Made by a program: the position numbers and the translations under genes
From: Geosiphon pyriformis uo1
Lineage: Eukaryota > Fungi > Glomeromycota
Length of the DNA: 64,000 nt
Reading direction: 5' to 3'
Assembly: GCA_016748015.1 (NCBI GenBank)
Contig: JAAOMT010000741.1
Location: forward strand, 62,001-126,000
The notes under the pieces: generated by a model
What the model was told of the DNA's origin: nothing
The model's database searches: none
The model's input: the letters and a program-made list of their open reading frames with translations, nothing else
Shown here: piece after piece, positions 54,021 to 64,000 of the stretch
Layout of the letters: every line of letters starts with the position of its first letter
Numbering within the stretch: position 1 is the stretch's first letter

Positions 54021-54073
54021 TTTTCTGATTTCTTCTGTCACGTTGACCATGTTCTTATATATTCTTTTGTCAA

Positions 54074-55453
54074 TCAATTAGATGTGTTGTTGTCAATGAT
54101 AATGATTGGTTTCAGATCTCGTGGAATCTCATCTAATTGGACTAGTATTCTCTGTACTCCTAATTGTGGAATATTACTGGTGGATGATAATATTATATAG
54201 TGGTATAGTTTTAGTTAATTTTCATGTGCTGCTTTGGTCAAGATTTTGTTATTCAATCTTAATTTGTAAGCTCCATTTCCTAGAATTTCTTCTATGTGAA
54301 ATGGTTTGTCCTATTTGGGGTCAAATTTTCCACTCCATTGTTTTTCTGCTTTGGTACAATGTAGTAGTACTTTGTCTCCAATCTTGAATTCAACTGGTTT
54401 ATCTGGTAGTTGGTTATCATGTCTTTTTTTTTGTTTCTCTTGTGATCTTTGTATGTTATCAGCTGCTTTTTGTCATTTGTTTTCTAATGTTTTCATTAAG
54501 TCATATGTTTTTTTCAACAATGTGTTTTTAAAATTTTCTTCTGTTATTGGTTCGGTTGGGTATGTGCTGACTTCTATTTCCACTGGTAGTGTTGCTGTTC
54601 TACCATATACTAATTTAAATATTGCTTGTGTAGTATTTTGCTTCATTGTCTGATAAGCAAATAGTACTAATAGTATCAACAAATCCCAATTGTTCTGGTT
54701 TTCTTGGCTGAGCTTAGCTATTGCTTTACACAATATTCTATTGAATCTTTCGACTAATCTGTTGGTTTGTGGATGGTATAGTAATAATAGTGGTCTCTTA
54801 ATTCCGAATCTTTGGCTCAATTCTGTTAATGTTCTGTTCACAAAATAAGTTCCTTGGTCTAATAATAATTCCTTTGAACATTCATGTCGACAAATTAAAT
54901 CTTGATGAACGAATTCAGTAATGGATTCTGCATCTGCTCTTTGAATTGCTTTTGCCTTTGGCCATTTAGTAAGATAGTCCATGGCTACTGCTATGTACCT
55001 GTTTCCTCTGCTGGTGATTGTTAATGGTCTGATTAAATCAATTTCAATATGGTCGAATGGTTGTTCTACTTTGATTGGTCTTAATGGTTCACTAGGTTTT
55101 GTTCCTCCTCTTTGCTGACAAGCATCACAATTTTGAACATATTGAATAATGTCTGGATATATTGATGGCCAATAGTATCTTTTTCTGGTTCTTTCCATGG
55201 TTGTTTCTTTGTAAAAGTGTCCTGCTGTTGGATTTGAGTGCATGTTGAATAATATTGTCTCCTTTTCTGGCTCTGTAATTACTCTGGTTGGTTGCTTTAG
55301 ATCTCTTCTATTTTTCCAATAAAGTATATTTTGGTAAGTGATAAAATATTTTGATTGTTGTTTAATACTCTTTCATTCTGTTTGAGATAAATTCTCCTTG
55401 AACTATTGAGTGTTTATATAATGTTGCAGTTGTTGATATTTTTGTATGTTCAT
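54074..55453 (-). pseudogene. Integrase ORF of element G (own ATG)
   Basis: MNIQKY..., HSNPTAGHF...CDACQ, IDLIRP, DQGTYF, VERFN (ORF 54473-55243). Confidence 0.9.
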
Positions 55454-55484
55454 CTTTTTGTTATATTTTTGGGTTGAAATGTTT

Positions 55485-58400
55485 TTAGATTTGTTTCATT
55501 CATGACAGACCGTCAGCATTTCTATTGTCTTTTTCCTTTTTATAATGTATAGTATAATTATATGGTGCAAGTACCATTTTCCATCTTGACTGTCTTCCAT
55601 CTCCAAATTCTTGTTTTTGAAGTAATGTTAATCCTTTGTGATCTGTGTATATTTCAAACTTCTGGCTCAAGTATTTTTTCTATTTCATGACTGCTCAGTA
55701 TATCGCTAAGTGTTCTTGTTCTGGTGTTTTATAGTTCTTTTTGGCTGGTGTTAAATCTCTGCTGGCATATGCTACTGGATGTTCTCTGCTGTCTGGTTCT
55801 CTCTAAAATAGCACTGCTCCTAATGCATGGCCAGATGCATCAGTGGTAATAATGAATGGTTTACTGTAATCTGGATAGATCAGTACTGGAGCTTAAATGA
55901 GCTTTTTTTTCAGAACATCAAAAGCTTCTTGTTGACTTTCTGTTTATTCATATTTTGTATTCTTGGTTTGCAGTTGGTTGAGTGGCTGCACTATCCTGGA
56001 AAAGTTCTTGATAAAACGTCGATAGTAGCTGGCAAATCCCAAAAATGATTTCAGTTCTGTTATATTGGTCAGCACTGGAAAGTTCTTTACTATCTCTATT
56101 TTCTCTGAATCCATTTTGATGCCGTCTTTGCTGACTATGTGTTCCAAGAATTTTAGTTCTGTCTTGCCGAAAAAACACTTTGTTGTATTTAACTTTAGTC
56201 CTGCTCTTCTTAGTTTTTCAAACACTTGTTGAAGATGATGAAGATGATTATCAAATGTTTTTGAGGATACATTGATGTTTTCTAAGTATACAACTACTGA
56301 TTTCTACAATAAGCCAGTATAAACAATTTTCATTAGTCATTGGAAAGTTGCTGGGGCATTAGTTAAGCCGAATGGCATTACTTCAAATTTGAAATTCCTT
56401 TCCCTTATGGTGAATGCCATTTTCTCTTTGTCAACTGGATCTATGGCTACTTGCCAGTAACCACTGTTCAGGTCTAATATTGAAAACCATTTGTTTCCAC
56501 TAAAAGTGTCAAATAATTCTTGGATCCGTGGAGTGGGGTAGCTATTTCCACAAGTTATTCCATTGAGTTTTCTATAATCCACACAAAAGCAAATTTTCCC
56601 ATTCTTTTTCCAGACGAGTACTACTGGTGATGACCATGGGCTTATTGATGGCTGAATTAGCCCGTTGTCAAACATTTGGTTTATCTCTTGACAGATAATC
56701 TCATGGCTAGCTGGTGGTATTCTGTATGTTCTTTGTTTAATTGGCATTGCATTTTCAGTCTTGATCTGATGCTGGATGATGTCCATTCAGCCAAACTCAC
56801 TTTCACTGGCAAAGATTTCATTAAAATTGTTGAGCAATATTTTAAGTTGCATACCTTGGAGTGGATCTAAGTTTTCTATGTTTATTTGTTCCAATTGTTC
56901 TGGTTGGAGCAAATAACATTTGCTTTGTCCATATATTGTTTGTGATGTGATATTAACATATTCACAAAGCTGTGGAAAGTCCAGAATGGTGCTTGGTGTT
57001 TGATCCTCTATTTCAGTGCTTAAGTATCTAATAATGGTTCTGGCTGGTATTACTATGACATTTCCTGTGTTATTGTAGATGGGAATTTTGATGTGGCTGT
57101 AATCTTTGGCTGGTATATGGAGATTGATGAGTCCAATCTCTCCTGATTCACAAAGGGTTGGTTCTGTTTTAAAAATCTGATTCTGTTCTTTTACCTCCTG
57201 TTTTATTCTTATCATGTACTGGTCATATGGTGGAATAGAAATTGTTTGACCCATTGAAATAATTTCCCCTTGGTCAACAATTTCTTCTTTTGCCATATTA
57301 ACTGGTACATCTACTCTATCTGTTGATCCGAATCCCTGTATTCTTCTTACTGTTATTCCTAATTCCTCCTTCTTTCCTACTAATACTAACTGTGCTATCT
57401 TTTCATTGGGCTCTATTATATAGGCTTTTTCTGAATCATTTTGTAGCATAGCGATGATATTTCTTACATATCCTGTGTCAATTATTCCTCTTCTTATATT
57501 AATTTCTTTTTTTGCTAGACTACTCCTAAATGCCAATTGAACCATTGTTGTTGCTAGAATTTCCAGTGCTATTTTCAAATCAATGCAGGTGTGTAAATGT
57601 GGCTCCAATTTGATGGCATCTTTTCTTGGATATCTCAGATCAAACCTGGCATCAGTATCATGTACATGTTCTGGCATAATACCTTCATTATTATCACTGA
57701 ACCATTTAAGTTCCTGTTCCTTGGTAAGGTCAGGAAGTGCAATATATTGTTCATAGTTTGGATCAGAGTTTAAATCTGAGTTGGAATTGTTGTCATTGCT
57801 TTTGCCATATTGGACGGAACTAGAACTGGTGTTTTTGTTGTCATTGTTATCGAAGTTTGAATCGTAATTAGAAGTCAATTCTGATTCTGCTGCACAGCTG
57901 CTGATTGGTTCCTTTTTCTCTGGGATCATGTAGATCATGTGTAGTGATGGATTATAGATGAGGTCACACTTATTATAATACTGAAAATCACATGGAATTA
58001 AGTAATGTTGACATAATCGAGTGTTCAACTGCTCTAAACATTGCTTTTGTTCTTTCCTAGTAGGTGCCAAATGCTGGTAATGTTCATGAAATTCTCTGGA
58101 GTTGTCTTCAATGTTGCCAAAAATGTCAACAGTTTGCATGTATTTGGGTTTGGAGAGCAATAGAGGATTATTTTTTATCTCTAGTAGTTTGCTGGTTGTT
58201 GCGTCTTCTACTTTTGCATATGCCATTCTCCATAATTTATCTTCGTTGTGGAGATATCCTTCTAATTGTCACAATGCTCATTTTCAGGTGTTGTTGATTG
58301 GTGTTCCTTTGCTTACCCAATTGTTTATCAGTATAGTGTACTAACATGTCTTGTCGCATGTTCTTCCATGCCCAGGAATGTCATTCCACTTTCTTTGTCA

Positions 58401-61400
58401 TTTTGGTTGTCCAAAGTGCTCTATGACACATGGGCAGCAGTAAAATCTTGTGGCCATGGAGTATTCCTCATTGTTGCCATAGCATGTGCCCATTGACAAC
58501 AATTTCTTGCCACAATAGATGCATTCCAATTTTGGTCAATGATAATTGGTTAGTGGTAATGAAGTGTATGTGTCTGAACTATAAGTGCTGCTGGTGAGTG
58601 TGGTTTCTTCTTCTTTCTCCTTTCCTTTTCCCTTATTAGTTTTTTCTCACTTCCAGTTGACTGGTTCGTTTTGGTCATTATCAGTTTTCCAGTTTTGGTC
58701 AGTTTTCTAGTAAGTTCTTTGTTTTTCTTCCCTTTTTTCTTATCGTTCTATAAAAATATTGGAGGTAGCTCGTTGTGGTCTTCATCGGCCCATGAGATTT
58801 GGTAGGCTTCCCAGGTCAGTTTCCTTGTTTTTTTCTCAAACTCGATGAGCAGTTGGACGTTGCTTGGCTTAAAGTAACCACAAGTGGCTGGTGTTTGAGT
58901 ATGCTAACCACCAAAGGTTAATTGTAGCTCTTGGGTGGTCCAATCAAGGATAGTGTAAGTTTTTGACAACTAATCATTGCCCACCAGAGCCTGGTATTGT
59001 GTGGCTTCCATCACAAGAACCTTGATGGGTATAGTGATGCCATTAATTTTAATAGGTAAGTTGTCTATTTTGCCTATTGGAGTTTTGGTCGCTCCATTCA
59101 CTGTAATAATCCTTGCACTGGCAGCTCAGTCAACTCGGTGACCTAATTAATTCATGAGTTGCTTTGTTATGATGCTGCCAGCTAATCTACTATTTAAGAT
59201 CAGTTTGATGGCATGGCTATCGATTTTGCCATCCATATACATAGTGATAATTGGCTTTTCTTCCAGAGCCACTCCACTAAATAATGGAATTTCGATCGTT
59301 TCCTCCAAGTCGAAGGGAAAAATGGCCGCAAGCAATTTGTTGTTGGTGACAGTTGCTGGTGGAATGTTGTTGGTAAGTGTTTGTTGTTGGTTGGATCCTG
59401 AATTGGTGGTGATAGTGTCTTCTGGGGTAACCAGAAGACTTAAATAGTTCTGAGAATTTAGGTTTTGAATGGCATTGGTACCCAAATTTCAAGAATGCAA
59501 TCCTGATGGTCAGTTGGAAAAACTGGGGATTGGTTGGTGAACAACCATTGCCGATCTCCAGTTTTGTGTTATTCTAGGTTTGAAGTGGTCTAATGTTATA
59601 TTAACTGAATTTTGGGGTGGTGTCTGAATTGATTGGAGTTGATAGATTACTTGTAGCTATAGTTGATATATTATGGATGGCTGCGGTTAATATACTGCTG
59701 GTAGCTGCGGTTAATAAACTGGAGTCTAATATACTGGTGCTTGATAAATTGGCTGCTGTGTCATTGGCAGATAAGTGTTTTGATATTGTTCCTGATTTTG
59801 TTAATATCTCAGAGTTTGAAATTGGTAATCAGAGTTTCTATATTGATTTCCCGATTACTGGTGATTATAAGCATTGCAATTTGCTCTGATGTGCTCTTGT
59901 TTACCACAGTTGTGGCAAACACACGTTTCTGGCTGCCACTGCTGATTGGCCAATGTTGAGAGACGTGCTTGATTTTGGGAACAATTGTAGTTTTCTGAAT
60001 TGCTGTATTGTTGAAGTGGTTGATAAATTGTGTGATTGTTAGCTAAGTATTCTTCTAATTTCTGATTAATTGAATCACTGAATTGTTTCAATTTGAAGTC
60101 CAATTCAGATGATCTGTTCATCACTAGATTAATGGCTTGGGCGTGGTTGGCCTCAGACTCAGCTGATTTGAAATTTCTGGTGCATGTAACTGCATTTTGA
60201 AGAGTGTCTGGATGCAATGGGCATATATATTGCAAGATGCTGCTGTGTAGGCCATGGATAAACTGGTTGAAGATCTGTGGCACTGTAAAATAGTTGGTGT
60301 CAATTGTCTGGATCTGGTGCAAATTTCTATAAAAGCGTCCCAGATAAGTGGTGACTGCTTCAGTTTCTCCTTGTTTCATGGTGGTAAATGTATTGACTAG
60401 GCAGTTGATACTGTTGTTGTTGCTGAAGTATCTTAAAAATTCTACTTTGAAGGCATTGAAGTCTTGTGGTTTATTGATCAAGCTCTAATACCATGAATTG
60501 GCGGTATCTTTGAAAAAATAGGGAATGGCTTGCATTGCTTGAGCATCATTCTATCCATTAGCTGCAATGGCTTTTTCCACATCATTCAGCCATACTTGAG
60601 CATCATCCTCTTCGCCAGTGAAATTATCCAGTTTCATGATTGGTACATAGGCCATTAGATCTAAGTTGGAGGGTTGTAGTGGCTGTTGAAATGGTTGTTG
60701 ATTTTGTTAAAGTGGCTGCTATATGGATTCGGCTATTGGATCAATTTGTGGTTGATCGATAATGATTACTGGAGATAAGTTTGATTGATTAATTGAATTG
60801 GGGTTTTGATTATTCTGAGTTGGCAGTGTCTAAATATTCGGAGTTTCAACTTCCAGATTTACTGAATTTAAATTTTGCTGGTTTTGAAGATTCGGAGTTT
60901 CAAATTTCAGGTTTTCAGTGATCAGGTTCTGGTAAGTGAATTTTTGATCCTCAGTTTCTTCTTCTTCCTCTTCTTTTGATTCCATTATCTTCCACAAATC
61001 AGAGATTCCAAAGTCTGATGGAGGTGGTGGTGATCAAATTCCTGATGGTGTTGGTAATTATGATTTAAATCTTTTGAAATATTCGCCGTATGGTCCTAAT
61101 AACTCTGCTTTCCTTTGTTTACTTTGGAATAGAAATCGTCCAAATGTTGATGTCACATTTAGGGTAGATGCGTCTGCTAATGTAATATTGATAGTGCTTC
61201 TGGGTGTGTGATGATATGATAAATATGGTGGGAATTCAATTTTTTGTTTCTTCTAGGTTGGTAGTTGTATTTCTTTAGGTGTTACTGCTGGTGTTTGTAA
61301 CCTTTTTTTGCCTTTATCTGCATAGGTGATAGGAAATTGTTGTTGAGTGTACTTTTCAATAGTTTGGTTGATTTTTTTTATTATTGGTGCAAAACTATAG

Positions 61401-61640
61401 TTCCTTGGTAAGTTGGTGTGTTGGAATAATTCTGTGTAAAAGTTTTCTCTTGCTGCTTTAATGTTAACTGTTTCTCCTAAGCATTCAGTAATTTTGTCAT
61501 TGACGTAGAAGTTGAAGGCTGATTTGGCTGGGTAATGATTACTGTTTAATCCTAATTGTCAGGTGTATTGTTGAAACAAGGATTTCACAAATCCTAAATG
61601 GTTTGCTCCTATATTTTCTGATTCTGTCACTTTTGGTTTG
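55485..61640 (-). pseudogene. gag-protease-Cys-rich-dUTPase-RT-RNaseH polyprotein of element G
   Basis: Gag 59855-60481 with CHNCGKQEHIRANC, protease ~58880-59240, dUTPase ~57320-57685, RT 55944-56786, RNase H ending at TAA 55485-55487. Confidence 0.9.
57320..57685 (-). pseudogene. dUTPase domain in element G pol
   Basis: DARFDL, AFRSS, GIIDTGY, EKIAQ, RRIQGFGST motifs. Confidence 0.9.
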
Positions 61641-61673
61641 TTCTTGTTGGTGCTAGTTTTCTGTAGAATTATA

Positions 61674-61690
61674 CCTCACAGAGAGCACCA
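61674..61690 (-). promoter_or_regulatory. Primer-binding site of element G
   Basis: Minus strand TGGTGCTCTCTGTGAGG, 2 nt inside the 5' LTR; complementary to a tRNA 3' end ...CCUCACAGAGAGCACCA. Confidence 0.88.
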
Positions 61691-61692
61691 AA

Positions 61693-62618
61693 TGTTATAG
61701 GTGGTGTCTTAAGGGTTCTGAGTAAATAACAACCCGTAACTTAGTGCTCAAAGTGATTAGTGTGGATGATAATCTGAAAGTGTTTTATCTGAAGGTTTTC
61801 CAATCAAGTTCTTTGTATAATGGACAAAGATTCAATGATAACAGTTTATTAGTAGTTTCCTGAAACCGTAGTTTCGTTGATTGCTTGCTTAGCTTGATGG
61901 TTGATGATTCTCCTGGTACAATATCCTCTGTAAGTGTATACCAGTGCTGTTTCTTAATGTCAGTTCCTCCATAAGTCTTCCAAGAGTAAGTATTGTTAAG
62001 CAAGTTTATTTCTCTGTAAGTCCTCCAAGAGTAAGTAATTTTTAAGTAAGTTTTATTCTTCCGTAAGTCTTTCAAGAGTAAATTCTTTAATCAAGTTAGT
62101 AGACAACAAATAAAATAAAGAAAGATAAAAGAGAAAATAAGAAATAAGCCAAGGTGATTTGCAAGTTAGTATCCCGTCAATAGCCGTGATTAAAAACTAT
62201 TGTTCCAGTATGGTTAAGTATCAGTTACTATCAACATGAAGTGTTGATAATAAAGAATGAATTTGATATAGTGAATAATTATTTATTTGAGGATTGTGGT
62301 AACTAGGCTAGGAATTCTTGATGTCAATTCTGTCTTTTCTGTTTCCAACACTACTGCTATATATACATATTTGAGATTCTTCAATTCCTCAATTCTTTGT
62401 GACAGAAATCCTGGAATTCCTGGAATCTTGCAATTCCTGATAAAAGGAATCCTGGAATTCTGGAATCCTGCGATTCCTTGTCAGAGAATCCTGAAATTCC
62501 TGGAATCCTGCAATTCCTCTGAAAGGAATCTTGGAATTCTACCTTTACTATGTCTACATCTGATTGGCTAATATCTACTAACTAATACTACTATATTTTT
62601 TATATTCTATGAGTAACA
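61693..62618 (-). repeat. 5' LTR of element G
   Basis: TGTTAT...GTAACA; same 926-bp length as the 3' LTR. Confidence 0.93.
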
Positions 62619-64000
62619 TTATCATGATTTTGTTAACGGTATTTTCTGTTTTTTTCTGTGTTCTATGTGGCAATGTCTTTCTAGTGTCTTGATATTGAAT
62701 AATTTGTTGATTAATTATAATTTTCATCTCTTGGTGTTGAATTAATTAAAAGAGTTGTTGTGCTAGTGAGTGGATATTGTCTGTAATTTCCATTTTTCTG
62801 ATCTTTCTTGTTGCATCTACCATGTCTTTATATATTCTTTTGATGAATTAATTAACGTATTGTTGTCAATAATGATGATTGGTTTTAGATCTCATGGAAT
62901 CTCCTCTGATTGGACTAGTATCTTCTGTACTCCTAATTGTGAAATATTACTGGTGAATAGTAGTGTGATGTTGTGATATAGTTTTAGTCAATCTCTATGT
63001 GCTGCTTTGATTAAGATTTTGTTATCCAGTCTTAATTTGTAAGCTTCATTCTCTAAAATTTCTTCTATGTGAAATAGTCCATCCCATTTGGGTTTGAATT
63101 TTCCACTCCATTGTTTTTCCACTTTGGTACTTTGTCTCCAATCTTGAATTCAACTGGTTTGTTTGGTAGTTAATTATCATGTCTTTTTTTCTGTTTCTCT
63201 TGTGACTTTTGTATGTTATCAACTGCTCTTCTTCATTTGTTTTCCAATGTTTTCATTAAGTTATATGTTCTTCTTAACAATGTTTCTTAGAAATTCTCTT
63301 CTGTTATTGGTTCAGTTGGATATGTGTTAACCTCTATCTCAATTGGTAATGTTGCTGTTCTACCGTATATCAATTCAAATGGTGTTGCTTGTGTGGTGTC
63401 TTGCTTCATTGTCCAATAAGCAAATAATACTGATGATATGAACAAATCTCATTCGTTCTGGTTTTTTTGGCTGAGTTTCGCTATTGCTTCACACAATGTT
63501 CTATTAAATCTTTCAACTAATCCATTGGTTTGTGGATGGTATGGTAATGATAGTGGTCTTTTAATTCCGAATCTTTGGCTTAGTTCTGCTAATGTTCTAT
63601 TCACAAAATAGGTTCCTTGGTCTGATAATAGTTTTTTTGGACATCTATGTCAACAAATCAGATCTTGATGAATGAATTTGGCAATAGATTCTGCATCCAT
63701 TCTTTGAATTGCTTTGGCTTCTGGCCATTTAGTAAGATAGTCCATGACTATTGCAATATATCTGTTGCCTCTGCTGGTAATTGTCAATGGTCCGACTAAA
63801 TCGATTTCAATGCAGTCAAATGGTTGTCTCACTTTGATTGGTCTCAATGGTTTGCTGAGTCTTTGTTCCTTTTCTTCTTTGACAAGCATCACAATTTTGC
63901 ACATATTGAATGATGTCTGGATACATTAATGGCCAATAGTATCTCTTTCTGGTTCTTTCCATAGTTGTTTCTTTATGGAAATGTCCTGCAGTTGGATCTG

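Larger units (their letters stand above)
52452..62618 (-). mobile_element. Complete dUTPase-bearing Ty3/Gypsy element G (10,167 bp, decayed) nested in element F
   Basis: Two 926-bp LTRs (52452-53377, 61693-62618); TSD TTAC/TTAT; PBS 61674-61690; PPT 53378-53394; same domain order as element C. Confidence 0.95.
50317..64000 (-). mobile_element. Ty3/Gypsy element F (3' LTR, PPT, ORF-X, integrase; rest outside window), hosting a solo LTR and element G
   Basis: 3' LTR 50317-51180, PPT 51181-51197, ORF-X pieces 51200-51502, 52298-52451 and 62619-62793, integrase from ~62848 to the window end (IDLVGP, VERFN, GLFHI). Confidence 0.88.

Overview
Eukaryotic (fungal) DNA, very AT-rich and dominated by transposons. 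The gene and repeat style suggest Glomeromycota, Geosiphon-like; this is an inference from recall, not a search. There is one intact host gene, a 9-exon NOT4/MOT2 (CCR4-NOT RING E3 ligase, minus strand, 33741-39183), in a ~6 kb island of normal GC content. Everything else is nested, decayed retroelements. These comprise four LINEs (APE-RT-RNaseH type), two complete ~10.1 kb Ty3/Gypsy elements (17363-27491, 52452-62618), two partial Gypsy elements cut by the window edges, and four solo LTRs. All LTRs have TGTTAC...GTAACA-type ends, and all six insertions whose two ends are visible have 4-bp target-site duplications. The Gypsy elements have an unusual layout: gag-protease-Cys-rich domains-dUTPase-RT-RNaseH, then a stop, then a separately initiated integrase ORF, then an unknown ~205-aa ORF that ends at the PPT. 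Their LTRs carry interchangeable arrays of short palindromes upstream of the TATA box and a conserved double hairpin. Repeats show almost pure C:G>T:A hypermutation in all dinucleotide contexts (RIP-like), which spares the gene island.
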